Shown: one piece after another, positions 10,014 through 20,446 of the stretch
Numbering within the stretch: position 1 is the first letter of the stretch
Layout: the number at the start of each line of letters is the position of its first letter
Assembly (NCBI GenBank): GCA_949297125.1
Contig: CASFRS010000024.1
Coordinates: 18,596-82,595, forward strand
DNA from: an uncultured Bacteroidales bacterium
GTDB taxonomy: Bacteria; Bacteroidota; Bacteroidia; Bacteroidales; G3-4614
Length of the DNA: 64,000 bases
Direction: 5' to 3'
Notes under the pieces: generated by a model
Database searches by the model: none
The model's input: the letters and a program-made list of their open reading frames with translations, nothing else
What the model was told of the DNA's origin: nothing
Program-made: the position numbers and the translations under genes

Positions 10014-10094
10014 ATATTTATAAGCCAATGCCACACACAGGCCGGCGGCCGGATTATCGGGTCAGGTTTGCCTGTTCCCTGCAGCGTGAGCAGG

Positions 10095-10778
10095 CTAAAA
10101 ATCAATCTTGCCTCTTTCCGCCTGCTTTATAAGTGTCCGGGCCGGGACTATGTAAATATCGGCTCTCCTGTTCTTTCTCCTGTTTTCAATAGAGTTGCTT
10201 CCGGCAACGGGCTCTTCGGCGCCGCAACCGTATATGGCAATCATTTCACCGTTACCGCCGTTGTCAATAAGCCATTTCCGTATTTCGGACGCCCTCCTGT
10301 CGGTAAGGTTCAGGTTGTATCCGGCGCTTCCCGTACCGTCGCTGTGCGTAACTACAAGCAGGCTGAACATGCCGGGTTCCGAGATATACCGTACAAACGG
10401 GCGGAGCACCAGATGCGCCCTGTTCCATAGCAGCGTGTCGTTTGGCAGGAAAAGCATGTCCATGGGTATGACGGCCTTTACAACCTCTCCGTTGCGTTCT
10501 TCCGAAACCGTAATGCCCTTTACCTTGTTCAGCCGCCTTACCTCATCGTCCAGCAGCTCCCTGATTTTTTTCGCGGCGTAGGGCGATTTTATTTCCGGGA
10601 CAGCTATGTTCTCGTCAAGGGTCAGTTCCTGTATGTTTATTACAACTTCGTTCGCCTTGTCCCTGCCGAACAGGTGCTTCCACCATTGGCCTATCCTGCT
10701 TTCGCTGCCTTGCGAAGGCAGTATGCCCGCAAATACCGTAAAGAACAGTACAAGGCCGCATTTGCAATAAAACCGCAT
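10095..10778 (-). CDS. OmpA-family (peptidoglycan-associated OmpA_C-like) protein
   Basis: 227 aa. N-terminal signal/TM segment and a C-terminal OmpA-like domain (VVTHSDGTGSAGYNLNLTDRRASEIRKWL...NRRKNRRADIYIV). Confidence 0.8.
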   Translation of the reverse strand: MRFYCKCGLVLFFTVFAGILPSQGSESRIGQWWKHLFGRDKANEVVINIQELTLDENIAVPEIKSPYAAKKIRELLDDEVRRLNKVKGITVSEERNGEVVKAVIPMDMLFLPNDTLLWNRAHLVLRPFVRYISEPGMFSLLVVTHSDGTGSAGYNLNLTDRRASEIRKWLIDNGGNGEMIAIYGCGAEEPVAGSNSIENRRKNRRADIYIVPARTLIKQAERGKIDF

Positions 10779-10789
10779 TGTACCTCCCG

Positions 10790-11113
10790 TTATTTAAAGA
10801 TGCCTATTGATTCGCAGTATGCCAGTTCCCCTTCTACAATGGCGGAAATCTCTTCCTCGGACAATTTCCCGAACCCGTCCTTCCGTGCATTCGACAGGGC
10901 GAAATCTATCAGTTCGTCATCGGCAAACTCAATCTCCTCGTCCCCGTTGTCGTTGTCCATGAATCCCTTGCTTTCGTAGAAGTCATAAATCAGGTCGATG
11001 ATGTAATATATGTCGTCATCACTAACCTTGGCGGCAATGGGGGCTTCCAGCGTCTTGCGGATGAATTTCACCGCATCGTCGTCATCATAAATTATATCGT
11101 CATCCTTAGCCAT
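10790..11113 (-). CDS. small acidic hypothetical protein
   Basis: 107 aa with ATG start, very Asp/Glu-rich. Lies 11 nt upstream of the OmpA-like gene on the same strand, with host-like codon usage. No recognisable domain. Confidence 0.6.
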   Translation of the reverse strand: MAKDDDIIYDDDDAVKFIRKTLEAPIAAKVSDDDIYYIIDLIYDFYESKGFMDNDNGDEEIEFADDELIDFALSNARKDGFGKLSEEEISAIVEGELAYCESIGIFK

Positions 11114-11146
11114 GGCAGAAATATGTTAAACTTCGGCTAAGGTACT

Positions 11147-11180
11147 AAAAAAATGGCGCGGTTTTATGCCGCGCCATTTA
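11147..11180 (-). terminator. clpB terminator
   Basis: ATGGCGCGG-TTTTATG-CCGCGCCAT: perfect 9-bp GC-rich stem. An A-run on the plus strand gives a T-run on the minus strand. Confidence 0.75.
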
Positions 11181-11197
11181 AAAATTGCAGACAAATA

Positions 11198-13786
11198 TTA
11201 ATTTCCGAATATCAGTCCGTTTTCATCGGCATCAATCGTAATGGGCCTGTTTTTGTCCACTTTCTGTGAAAGCAGGTCTTTCGACAGCTGGTTGAGGACG
11301 TACCTGTGTATAACCCTCTTGACGGGACGCGCGCCGAACTGCGGGTCGTATCCCTCTTTGGCGATGAAGCCGACGGCCTTTTCCGTAAATTCCAGTTTTA
11401 TGCCGTTTCCGGCAAGCATCTTCCTTATGGAGTTCAGCTGTATAGCCACAATGTCGGCAATCTCCTTCTCGTTAAGCGGCGTGAACATTATAATGTCGTC
11501 TATACGGTTCAGGAATTCCGGCCTTATGGTCTGCTTCAACATGCCCATGACCTCGTTCTTCGTCTCCTCTATAATCCGTTCGCGGTTCTTGTCGTCTATC
11601 TTCTCGAAGTTCTCGCGAATCAGCGACGAACCCAGGTTGGAGGTCATTATTATAATGGTATTCTTGAAGTTTACGACACGCCCCTTGTTGTCCGTCAGAC
11701 GTCCGTCGTCGAGAACCTGCAGCAAGGTGTTGAAAACATCGGGATGCGCCTTCTCTATCTCGTCGAATAGAACCACCGAGTACGGCTTGCGCCTTATGGC
11801 CTCGGTAAGCTGTCCCCCTTCATCGTACCCCACATATCCGGGAGGCGAACCGATAAGACGCGTTACGCTGAACTTTTCCTGGTATTCGCTCATATCTATA
11901 CGCGTCATCATGTTCTCGTCGTCGAACAGGTACTCGGCCAGAGCCTTGGCAAGTTCCGTTTTTCCCACGCCGGTAGTCCCGAGGAAGATAAACGAGCCGA
12001 TAGGACGTTTCGGATCGCTCAGCCCGGCACGGTTACGCCTTACGGCATCCGATACCGCGCGGATAGCTTCGTCCTGGCCTACAACCCTCTTGTGCAGTTC
12101 AGCCTCCAGGTTCAACAGTTTCTCCCTTTCGCTCTGCATCATTTTGGTAACGGGGATGCCTGTCCACCTCGATACTATATCGGCAATGTCGTCGGCGGTA
12201 ACCTCCTCCTTAATCATGGCCGAATCGCCCTGCATCTCCTTGATCTTGGCCTGGATTTCGGCAATCTCCTTCTCCTTGCCGCTTATACGGGCATACCGTA
12301 TCTCGGCAACCTTGCCGTAGTCCCCTTCGCGTTCGGCCCTGTCGGCCTCGAACTTCAGTTGCTCTATATCTATCTTGTTCTGCTGGATTTTGTTTACCAG
12401 TTCCTTTTCGGAATTCCATTTGGCCTTGAACTTGTTCTCCTCCTCTTTAAGGTCGGCAATCTCCTTGTTCAGCGATTCGAGTTTTACTTTGTCGTCCTCG
12501 CGCTTAATCGCTTCACGTTCAATTTCCAACTGTTTTATCTTGCGCGTTATCTCGTCCAGGGCCTCCGGGACAGAATCGACCTCAAGCCTCAATTTGGCGG
12601 CAGCCTCGTCCATAAGGTCAATGGCCTTGTCGGGCAAGAACCTGTCTGTGATATATCGGGAAGAGAGTTGTACGGCAGCAATAATGGCGTCGTCCTTGAT
12701 TCTCACCTTATGGTGGTTCTCGTATCTCTCTTTGAGCCCCCTCAATATGGAAATGGTACTGAGTTCGTCCGGCTCGTCCACCATTACAATCTGAAACCTT
12801 CTCTCCAGGGCCTTGTCCTTTTCAAAATACTTCTGGTATTCATCCAGCGTGGTGGCGCCGATAGCCCTCAACTCGCCCCTTGCAAGGGCCGGTTTCAGGA
12901 TGTTTGCGGCATCCATTGCCCCTTCGCCCTTGCCGGCCCCGACAAGAGTGTGAATCTCGTCTATGAACAGGATTATCTCGCCGTCGGCCTGGGTAACTTC
13001 GTTGACAACGGCTTTCAACCGCTCTTCAAACTCCCCCTTGTATTTTGCCCCGGCAACCAACGCGCCCATATCGAGCGAATAGATCTCCTTGCTTTTAAGG
13101 TTTTCCGGAACATCGCCCCGGACAATCCTGTGTGCCAGACCCTCGGCTATTGCCGTTTTCCCGGTACCGGGTTCCCCGATAAGGATAGGGTTGTTTTTTG
13201 TACGCCGGCTCAATATCTGGAGCACACGCCTTATCTCTTCGTCCCGCCCTATAACGGGGTCGAGTTTCCCGCTGCGGGCTCTTTCGTTAAGGTTTATGGC
13301 GTATTTGCTCAGGGCATTGTAGGTCTGCTCGGCCGAAGCGTCCGTAACCTTCTTCCCCTTTCTCAAGTCATCTATGGCTGCGCCAAGTGCCTTTTCGGTA
13401 ATTCCGGCATCTTTCATGAATGTCGAAACGTTGCACTTTACCAGCAGCAAAGCCATAAGAATCGATTCGAGGGCTACGAACTGGTCGCCGTTCTTGCTCG
13501 AATAGTCCGTGGCTTTCTGCAGAACCTCGTTGCTTTCCCTGCTGAGGTACGGTTCGCCGCCGCTGACTTTCGGCAGCATCTCAATCTCCCTGTCGATATT
13601 GTTCTTCAGCAGTTGCATGTTTGCCCCCGCTTTCTGGAACAGGTATTCGACCACATTCTCTCCCGTGTCGATCACCCCTTTCATAAGGTGGACGGGTTCG
13701 ATAGCCTGGTTGCCGTGCCGCTGGGTAATTTCCACGGCTTTCTGTACGGCCTCCTGCGATTTGATTGTAAAATTGTTGAAATTCAT
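11198..13786 (-). CDS. clpB: ATP-dependent chaperone ClpB
   Basis: 862 aa. Clp_N repeats, two AAA+ modules ([13 protein letters not shown]; [15 protein letters not shown]), a long middle coiled coil, and the signature GARPVKR. Confidence 0.97.
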   Translation of the reverse strand: MNFNNFTIKSQEAVQKAVEITQRHGNQAIEPVHLMKGVIDTGENVVEYLFQKAGANMQLLKNNIDREIEMLPKVSGGEPYLSRESNEVLQKATDYSSKNGDQFVALESILMALLLVKCNVSTFMKDAGITEKALGAAIDDLRKGKKVTDASAEQTYNALSKYAINLNERARSGKLDPVIGRDEEIRRVLQILSRRTKNNPILIGEPGTGKTAIAEGLAHRIVRGDVPENLKSKEIYSLDMGALVAGAKYKGEFEERLKAVVNEVTQADGEIILFIDEIHTLVGAGKGEGAMDAANILKPALARGELRAIGATTLDEYQKYFEKDKALERRFQIVMVDEPDELSTISILRGLKERYENHHKVRIKDDAIIAAVQLSSRYITDRFLPDKAIDLMDEAAAKLRLEVDSVPEALDEITRKIKQLEIEREAIKREDDKVKLESLNKEIADLKEEENKFKAKWNSEKELVNKIQQNKIDIEQLKFEADRAEREGDYGKVAEIRYARISGKEKEIAEIQAKIKEMQGDSAMIKEEVTADDIADIVSRWTGIPVTKMMQSEREKLLNLEAELHKRVVGQDEAIRAVSDAVRRNRAGLSDPKRPIGSFIFLGTTGVGKTELAKALAEYLFDDENMMTRIDMSEYQEKFSVTRLIGSPPGYVGYDEGGQLTEAIRRKPYSVVLFDEIEKAHPDVFNTLLQVLDDGRLTDNKGRVVNFKNTIIIMTSNLGSSLIRENFEKIDDKNRERIIEETKNEVMGMLKQTIRPEFLNRIDDIIMFTPLNEKEIADIVAIQLNSIRKMLAGNGIKLEFTEKAVGFIAKEGYDPQFGARPVKRVIHRYVLNQLSKDLLSQKVDKNRPITIDADENGLIFGN

Positions 13787-14024
13787 ATGTGATAATCTCC
13801 TTTCTTTAAATTCTTTTTATAATGTGTTTTACGCAACGGTAAAGTACAAAAGTGATGCCATTGCCCGGGGCATGACAAATTTGCTGCCGCATATGTCGTA
13901 AAACATAAAGCCCGTATCCGGAAATAGGGGTACAGAGGAGTTTGCCGTATCCGTCCTGCTGACAAAAAGTCCTGCAAAAACTCAACATGCGCGTTTAAAT
14001 TTTGTTCGGGCCGCCTCTTTATAT

Positions 14025-14032
14025 TATCTTCG
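14025..14032 (+). promoter_or_regulatory. candidate -7 box variant TATCTTCG (tgt)
   Basis: One mismatch to TAnnTTTG. It sits in the 12-nt string TATTATCTTCGC that recurs upstream of serB. 25 nt upstream of the ATG. Confidence 0.4.
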
Positions 14033-14056
14033 CACAATAAATACCGGCTGAGACAT

Positions 14057-15187
14057 ATGGATTTCGATATAGTATCGCGCGACACCCTTACGGCAGCGAG
14101 AGCAGGCAAGATAACGACATCGCACGGCGAAATAGAGACGCCCGTCTTCATGCCGGTGGGAACGGCGGCGACCGTCAAGTGCGTACACCGCCGCGAATTG
14201 GAGGAGGACACCGATGCCCGCATAATACTCGGCAACACATACCATTTATATCTCCGCCCCGGGTTGGAGATACTTGAAAAGGCCGGCGGTCTCCACGGGT
14301 TTTCCGGTTGGAACCGGAGTCTGCTGACCGACAGCGGAGGGTTTCAGGTCTTTTCCCTGTCGTCTATCCGCAAACTGAAGGAGGAGGGTGTCCATTTCCG
14401 TTCCCATATCGACGGTTCCAGCCATCTTTTTACCCCCGAGAACGTGGTGGACACGCAGCGCATAATAGGCGCGGATATAATAATGGCTCTCGACGAGTGT
14501 ACCCCCGGCGACGCCGATTACTCCTATGCGCGGAAGTCGATGGAGATGACGGTGAGGTGGATGAAGCGCGGCTGGGAACATTTCCGCAACACTTCGCCGC
14601 GATATGGGTACGAACAGGCCTTTTTCCCGATAGTACAAGGGTGTGTCTATCCCGAACTCCGCAGGATATCGGCCGAAGAGGCCGCATCGATAGGCGCACC
14701 CGGTCATGCAATCGGCGGGCTCTCGGTAGGCGAGCCGGCCGAAAAGATGTATGAAATGATAGAGGTGGTGAACGACGTCCTGCCCCAGGACAAGCCCCGT
14801 TACCTTATGGGTGTAGGTACGCCGGCAAACATTCTCGAAGGCATAGAGCGGGGAGTGGACATGTTCGATTGCGTCATGCCCACCCGCAACGGGCGGAACG
14901 GCATGTTGTTTACCCGTAACGGGATAATGAACATGCGCAACAAGAAATGGGAATCCGATTATTCCCCTATCGAGGAGGGCGGGGCATCGTTCGTCGATAC
15001 GCAGTACAGCAAGGCGTACCTGCGGCATCTGTTCGTAAGCGGCGAGTTCCTTGCCATGCAGATAGCATCGCTGCATAACCTGGCCTTTTACCTGTGGCTT
15101 GTCCGCGAAGCCCGCAGGCAGATACTGGCAGGAACGTTCAAACGGTGGAAAACGGAAATGGTAGAACGGGTAACGGCAAGGCTGTAA
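14057..15187 (+). CDS. tgt: tRNA-guanosine(34) transglycosylase (queuine tRNA-ribosyltransferase)
   Basis: 376 aa. Motifs TPVFMPVGT, LTDSGGFQVFS, GLSVGEP and YLMGVGTP are diagnostic of Tgt. Confidence 0.96.
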   Translation: MDFDIVSRDTLTAARAGKITTSHGEIETPVFMPVGTAATVKCVHRRELEEDTDARIILGNTYHLYLRPGLEILEKAGGLHGFSGWNRSLLTDSGGFQVFSLSSIRKLKEEGVHFRSHIDGSSHLFTPENVVDTQRIIGADIIMALDECTPGDADYSYARKSMEMTVRWMKRGWEHFRNTSPRYGYEQAFFPIVQGCVYPELRRISAEEAASIGAPGHAIGGLSVGEPAEKMYEMIEVVNDVLPQDKPRYLMGVGTPANILEGIERGVDMFDCVMPTRNGRNGMLFTRNGIMNMRNKKWESDYSPIEEGGASFVDTQYSKAYLRHLFVSGEFLAMQIASLHNLAFYLWLVREARRQILAGTFKRWKTEMVERVTARL

Positions 15188-15199
15188 AAGACTCTGGGC

Positions 15200-16270
15200 A
15201 TGCTGAAGAAGATAGACTATTACATAATAAAGAAGTTCCTGGGGACGTACGTTTTCGCGATAATACTTATTATCTCCATTGCCGTCGTCTTCGACATAAA
15301 CGAAAAGCTCGATTCGTTCATGCACGCCCCCCTGAAAGCGATAGTGTTCGATTACTATCTCAACTTCATCCCCTACTTCATAAACCTTTTCAGCCAGCTT
15401 TTCACATTCATAGCCGTAATATTCTTCACATCCAAACTGGCCGACAATTCCGAGATAATAGCCATGTTGTCGAGCGGCATAAGTTTCAAGCGGCTTATGA
15501 TACCCTACATGATTTCGGCGGCGATAATAGCCGGGATAACATTTGTGCTGAACAGTTACGTAATTCCTCCGGCCAGCGTTACAAGGATCGAGTTCCTTAA
15601 CAAGTATGTCGACAACAAGAAGGTCGATTACGCCAGCAATGTGCAGTTGCAGGTCTCCCCGGGCGTAATAGCGTATATAAACCGTTACGACGACAGGACA
15701 AAAACCGGATACCGTTTCTCTATGGAGAAGTTCGAGGGGAAAACGCTGCGTTCCAAGCTGACGGCCGAGTCGGTCCGGTACGATTCGGCATACCACTGGA
15801 TAATCCGCAACTACACGATACGCGACTTCAACGGCCTGCGCGAAGAGTTCCGGCAAGGCAAGCTGCTCGACAGCATAATAACAATCGAGCCAGCCGATTT
15901 CCTTATCTCCCGATACGATGCCGAGTTGATGAATACCACGGAACTCAAGGAGTACATATCGCGCCAGAAAGAACGCGGGGCATCGAATGTGAAACCGTTC
16001 GAGATAGAGTATGAAACCCGTTTCGCCTCCACCGTGGCGGCCTTTATCCTTACGTCGATAGGGATGTCCCTGTCGTCGCGCAAGGTAAAAGGGGGAATGG
16101 GCATGAATATAGGGATAGGCCTTATACTGAGTTTCAGCTATATACTCTTCTCCACAATATCGTCGTCATTTGCCGTAAGCGGCAGCATGTCGCCACGGCT
16201 CGCCGTGTGGATACCCAACATAATATACATACTCATAGCCGTATATCTCTATACGAAAGCCCCCAAATAG
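15200..16270 (+). CDS. LptF/LptG family permease (YjgP/YjgQ)
   Basis: 356 aa, starting 12 nt after tgt. The N-terminal 'LKKIDYYIIKKFLGTYVFAI' and the 6-TM plus periplasmic beta-jellyroll layout are typical of LPS export permeases. Confidence 0.85.
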   Translation: MLKKIDYYIIKKFLGTYVFAIILIISIAVVFDINEKLDSFMHAPLKAIVFDYYLNFIPYFINLFSQLFTFIAVIFFTSKLADNSEIIAMLSSGISFKRLMIPYMISAAIIAGITFVLNSYVIPPASVTRIEFLNKYVDNKKVDYASNVQLQVSPGVIAYINRYDDRTKTGYRFSMEKFEGKTLRSKLTAESVRYDSAYHWIIRNYTIRDFNGLREEFRQGKLLDSIITIEPADFLISRYDAELMNTTELKEYISRQKERGASNVKPFEIEYETRFASTVAAFILTSIGMSLSSRKVKGGMGMNIGIGLILSFSYILFSTISSSFAVSGSMSPRLAVWIPNIIYILIAVYLYTKAPK

Positions 16271-16457
16271 CCCCTGCCTGACTGCTTGCCGTTGCCGCAA
16301 GCACGCCGTCGGGAGGTATCCTGCCGGAGAGACGGTGTATGTACCGGGAACAAGACGTCCGCCGGACGCACGGGAGGCGCGTGGTACTGCGGACGGCCGG
16401 GCTTGCGTAAAAGCGCAAAACAGTGGTGCGGGGCGGTATCAAGAAATATTTTTTTAT

Positions 16458-16465
16458 TATCTTCG
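16458..16465 (+). promoter_or_regulatory. candidate -7 box variant TATCTTCG (serB)
   Basis: Same TATTATCTTCGC string as upstream of tgt, 30 nt upstream of the ATG. Confidence 0.4.
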
Positions 16466-16494
16466 CTTCATTAACAACGTAGTTATATCCAAAT

Positions 16495-17724
16495 ATGGAA
16501 GAGAAGGCAAAAAGGGAAATAATCCTTATTCAGATAGCGGGCGACGACCGCCCCGGTGTAACATCGGCATTGACGAACATACTGGCTAAATACGATGCCT
16601 CGATACTGGATATCGGGCAGGCCGACATACACCATACGCTCTCTCTCGGAATCCTCTTCATGACCTGCGGGACAAGTTCGGGCGAGATAATGAAAGAGTT
16701 GCTGTTCAAGGCGTACGAACTGGATATAAATATCCGCTTCTCCCCGATAACCGAGGAGGAATATACCAAATGGGTAGGACAGCAGGGGAAGAACCGCTTT
16801 ATAATAACCCTGCTGTGCCGCAGCGTAACGGCGCGCCAGATAGGGGCCGTTACGAAAGTGCTGGTAGAGCAGGGCCTGAATATCGATGCGATACAGCGTC
16901 TGAGCGGCCGCGTACCGTTGGAAGGGGCAGGGCAGATGTCCAGTTCGTGCGTGGAACTGTCGGTGCGTGGGACGCCGAAGGACCGCAATGCGATGCAGTC
17001 CGAGTTCATGCGTCTCTCATCGGAACTGAGTATCGATATTTCGTTCCAGGAAGACAACATGTTCAGGCGTACGCGCCGTCTGATCTGTTTCGATATGGAT
17101 TCCACCCTGATAAAGACGGAAGTGATAGACGAACTGGCCGAAAGGGCCGGTGTGGGCGACAAGGTCCGCGCCATAACGGAGTCGGCCATGCGCGGCGAAA
17201 TCGACTTCCACGAGAGTTTTACCCAGCGGGTGGCCCTGTTGAAGGGACTGGACGAATCGGTAATGAAGGATATTGCCGAGAACCTGCCGATTACGGAAGG
17301 GGCCGAGAGGCTTATGCGGACTCTCAAGGCGGCAGGGATAAAGATAGCCATCCTTTCCGGAGGGTTCACGTACTTCGGCGAGTACCTGAAACGCAAGTTC
17401 GGCATAGACTATGTATATGCCAACGAACTGGAGATTGTTGACGGCAAGCTTACCGGGCGGTATGTGGGCGATATAGTCGACGGCAAGCGCAAGGCCGAAC
17501 TGTTGCGTCTCATAGCCCAGATAGAACACGTGAACATAGCGCAGACGATAGCTGTCGGCGACGGGGCCAACGACATACCCATGCTCAACACGGCCGGTTT
17601 GGGAATAGCCTTCCACGCGAAGCCCAAGGTAAAGGCCAATACATCGCAGTCCATATCCACAATAGGCCTGGACGGGGTGCTCTATTTCCTCGGGTTCAAG
17701 GATTCGTATTACAATCAGGTGTAA
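16495..17724 (+). CDS. serB: phosphoserine phosphatase SerB (ACT-domain N-terminus)
   Basis: 409 aa. ACT-like N-terminal repeats (ILIQIAGDDRPGVTSALT). HAD motifs FDMDSTLI, ILSGGF and GDGANDIPM. Confidence 0.92.
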   Translation: MEEKAKREIILIQIAGDDRPGVTSALTNILAKYDASILDIGQADIHHTLSLGILFMTCGTSSGEIMKELLFKAYELDINIRFSPITEEEYTKWVGQQGKNRFIITLLCRSVTARQIGAVTKVLVEQGLNIDAIQRLSGRVPLEGAGQMSSSCVELSVRGTPKDRNAMQSEFMRLSSELSIDISFQEDNMFRRTRRLICFDMDSTLIKTEVIDELAERAGVGDKVRAITESAMRGEIDFHESFTQRVALLKGLDESVMKDIAENLPITEGAERLMRTLKAAGIKIAILSGGFTYFGEYLKRKFGIDYVYANELEIVDGKLTGRYVGDIVDGKRKAELLRLIAQIEHVNIAQTIAVGDGANDIPMLNTAGLGIAFHAKPKVKANTSQSISTIGLDGVLYFLGFKDSYYNQV

Positions 17725-17745
17725 TATTCTGCGGGAGGAGACGAT

Positions 17746-20046
17746 ATGCGCCGTATAATCCATATTCTGCTCGGCCTGCTGATGTTTTCTGGCGTAAAAG
17801 CCGAAAGCGTGGGGCTTGTATTGAGCGGGGGAGGAGCGAAGGGAATTGCGCATATAGGGGTGATACAGGCTCTTGAAGACAGCGGGATACCAATCGATTA
17901 CATAACCGGTACATCGATGGGTGCGATAGTCGGCGCCATGTATGCGATGGGGCTTACGCCGGCCGAAATGATGGAAATAATAAAGTCGCCCGACTTTGAA
18001 TCGTGGTCAAGGGGGGAAATAAGCAAGAAGCAGATATTCTATTTCCGTCGTCCCGACCCGTCGCCGCAATTCGTCTCGTTCGACATATCGCTCGACGGGA
18101 GCGACAAGAAGTTCGCCGCGCACCTGCTTCCCACCAACCTGATAAACCCCATTCCCATGAATGCCGGGTTTCTGTACCTTTTTTCTCCGGCGACAGGCCA
18201 GTGCGGGGGCGACTTCGACAAGCTCTTCGTACCGTACCGTTCTGTAGCTTCCGACGTGTATAACAAGCGCGCTGTGGTATTCGACAGCGGCGATCTGGGC
18301 GATGCCGTGCGGGCATCGATGACCTTCCCCTTCGTATTCAAGCCCATAGAGGTCGACAGTACGCTGTTGTACGACGGAGGTATCTACAACAACTTTCCGG
18401 TAGACGTAATGCAGGAAGATTTCAATCCCGATTTCATAATAGGGTGCAAGGTGGCGAGCAATCCCGTAAAACCGAAAGAGGACGATTTGATGGCGCAGCT
18501 CGATGCCATGGTAATGCAGAAGACCGATTACTCCGTACCCGAGGACAAGGGGGTGCTGATATCGTTCAACCTGTCGGGGCAGGTAGGGCTGCTGGACTTT
18601 CCCAAGGCCGACATGATATACAGGATAGGGTATGAAAAGGGGATACAGTATGCCGATTCGATAAAGAAACGCGTAACGCGGCGCGTATCGCCGCAGTCGC
18701 GGCAGTTGATGCGCATGCAATACCGCAGCCGCACTCCCGACGTGAAATTCGACAAGATTGTGGTAAAAGGCGGAAACCATTCCCAGCGTATGTACATACG
18801 CAGGCAGTTCGAGGCTGTCGAAGACAGTCTCGGCATCATAGATATGGACGGGTTCGATGCGGCATACTACAAGCTTGTGTCCGACAGCAAGATTTCCGAC
18901 CTTGTGCCGCACGGGATATATAACGATACGACGGGATTGTACACGCTGGTGCTCGATGCAAAAATCAAGGACAACATAGCTTTGGGGTTCGGAGCCTATA
19001 TAAGTTCCGGCAATACCAACCAGATATACCTCGACGCCAAATACCGCACGCTGAACCTCTATTCGCTGGATCTGGACCTGAACGGGTATTTGGGGCGCGC
19101 ATACAACTCGTCCATGTTTTCGGCAAAACTCGAATTGCCGAGGAAAATCCCCATGTACCTTAAACTGTACGGGTGTTTTTCAAGAAAGAAATATTACGAG
19201 AACGAGAAACTCTTTATTCAGACCGAATCGCCCACATTCATAACCAACCAGGAGGCCTACGTCAAACTGCGGCTGGGATTGCCGTTCCTTAACAGCAGCA
19301 AGGCGGAGATAACGGTAGGGTACGGGTATCTGACAGACAAATATTACCCGTCCAATTATCTCGACTTTACGTCGACCAAGCAGGATGAGAGCAATTACAG
19401 CCTGTTTATGGGGTCGGTCAAGTTCGAGAGCAATACGCTTAACAGCATTATGTACCCGACGCAAGGTTCCCGCATAACAATAAGCGGCGAATTCGTAATA
19501 GGGAAAGAGACATATATCCAGGAGTCGGTAAAAGGAAACCGTTACAAGGACAAGCATTCGTGGCTGCAGCTCAATGCCGGGGCGGAATATTACCTTAACC
19601 CTGTCAGGAAATTCTCGTTGGGGTTTGTCGGCGATATGGTAATTTCAAGTAAAAGTTTCTTTGCAACATACACGTCCACAATAGTGCAGGCGCCGGCATT
19701 CACGCCAACCCCGCACAGCAAGACGGTATTCAACGAAGCGTTCCGTGCCAACCAGTATGTCGCCGCCGGAGTTGTCCCCGTGTGGAACATTATAAACAAC
19801 CTGCAGTTGAGGGGCGAGCTCTATTGCTTTGTGCCGTTCTTCGAGATAAGGCAGGATGCCAACGGGTTGCCCTATTACGGCAAATTCATGGACAGCGTCA
19901 AATACATGGGCGAGGTGTCGCTTGTCTACAATCTGCCATTCGCTTCAATCAGCATGTTCACCAACTACTATTCATATCCGGCCCGCAACTGGAACTTCGG
20001 ACTGGCTTTGGGCATCCTCCTGAACAATCCCCGCTTTCTGGAATAA
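17746..20046 (+). CDS. patatin-like phospholipase fused to an Omp85/BamA-like beta-barrel region
   Basis: 766 aa. Signal peptide, then the patatin motifs GLVLSGGGAKG and GTSMGA plus the DGG catalytic Asp region. The C-terminal ~400 aa are rich in alternating aromatic beta-strand pattern. Starts 21 nt after serB. Confidence 0.88.
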   Translation: MRRIIHILLGLLMFSGVKAESVGLVLSGGGAKGIAHIGVIQALEDSGIPIDYITGTSMGAIVGAMYAMGLTPAEMMEIIKSPDFESWSRGEISKKQIFYFRRPDPSPQFVSFDISLDGSDKKFAAHLLPTNLINPIPMNAGFLYLFSPATGQCGGDFDKLFVPYRSVASDVYNKRAVVFDSGDLGDAVRASMTFPFVFKPIEVDSTLLYDGGIYNNFPVDVMQEDFNPDFIIGCKVASNPVKPKEDDLMAQLDAMVMQKTDYSVPEDKGVLISFNLSGQVGLLDFPKADMIYRIGYEKGIQYADSIKKRVTRRVSPQSRQLMRMQYRSRTPDVKFDKIVVKGGNHSQRMYIRRQFEAVEDSLGIIDMDGFDAAYYKLVSDSKISDLVPHGIYNDTTGLYTLVLDAKIKDNIALGFGAYISSGNTNQIYLDAKYRTLNLYSLDLDLNGYLGRAYNSSMFSAKLELPRKIPMYLKLYGCFSRKKYYENEKLFIQTESPTFITNQEAYVKLRLGLPFLNSSKAEITVGYGYLTDKYYPSNYLDFTSTKQDESNYSLFMGSVKFESNTLNSIMYPTQGSRITISGEFVIGKETYIQESVKGNRYKDKHSWLQLNAGAEYYLNPVRKFSLGFVGDMVISSKSFFATYTSTIVQAPAFTPTPHSKTVFNEAFRANQYVAAGVVPVWNIINNLQLRGELYCFVPFFEIRQDANGLPYYGKFMDSVKYMGEVSLVYNLPFASISMFTNYYSYPARNWNFGLALGILLNNPRFLE

Positions 20047-20122
20047 GGACATGTAAAGGAAAAAAGTTGCACATGCCATAAAATTTTTAGGCCTTCTTGT
20101 TTGCTACTTATAAAATAAGTGT

Positions 20123-20130
20123 TACCTTTG
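20123..20130 (+). promoter_or_regulatory. candidate -7 box TACCTTTG (tRNA-Arg)
   Basis: Exact TAnnTTTG followed by C, 13 nt upstream of tRNA position 1. Confidence 0.55.
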
Positions 20131-20142
20131 CATCCGGAAAAC

Positions 20143-20216
20143 GGCTCCATAGCTTAACTGAATAGAGCATCTGACTACGGATCAGAAGGTTGCAGGTTTG
20201 AATCCTGCTGGAGTCA
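20143..20216 (+). tRNA. tRNA-Arg (anticodon ACG)
   Basis: Manual cloverleaf of 74 nt. Acceptor GGCTCCA/TGGAGTC, D-stem GCTT/GAGC, anticodon stem TCTGA/TCAGA with loop CTACGGA, T-arm GCAGG-TTTGAAT-CCTGC, discriminator A. CCA is not encoded. A TAccTTTG box lies 13 nt upstream and a hairpin terminator follows. Confidence 0.93.
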
Positions 20217-20218
20217 CA

Positions 20219-20256
20219 AGAAAGCCCGACAAGAATTTCTTGTCGGGCTTTCTTGT
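20219..20256 (+). terminator. tRNA-Arg terminator
   Basis: GAAAGCCCGACAAGAA / TTCTTGTCGGGCTTTC: long perfect stem immediately 3' of the tRNA. Confidence 0.75.
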
Positions 20257-20375
20257 ATTCGGGGGGGCAGCCGGATAAATCCGGAGAAATGCACTCCCTG
20301 AGTACTAAGGAGTACCGTCCAGTTTCCGTTGTCTGTTATTTGGCCTGCGGAAATCCGCCCGGCGCAGTACGGGCG

Positions 20376-20416
20376 TAAAAAACATCCGATGCAAAGCGTG
20401 CACCGGATGTTTTTTC
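20376..20416 (-). terminator. terminator of the ribE...lipoprotein unit
   Basis: AACATCCG / CGGATGTT stem flanked by an A6 run and a T6 run (bidirectional shape), 31 nt past the lipoprotein stop. Confidence 0.65.
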
Positions 20417-20446
20417 TGGAAACAGGATAATGGCGGGCGGTACGCC

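Noticed and set aside
12092-13792. 566-aa ORF antisense to clpB, plus 11241-12320 (359 aa)
   Set aside because: These are shadows of an unambiguous ClpB gene. They show low-complexity, non-protein-like translation and the same codon-phase explanation applies to the 566-aa ORF.
14246-15856. 536-aa antisense ORF spanning the tgt / LptFG-permease boundary
   Set aside because: It runs across two independent genes that share a codon phase, and both sense genes carry diagnostic motifs. It is a shadow ORF.
20217-20446. tRNA-Arg 3' flank as a possible integration site for a mobile element
   Set aside because: There is no integrase and no duplicated tRNA 3' end or att-like repeat. The flank contains only two terminators, and native-looking operons lie on both sides.
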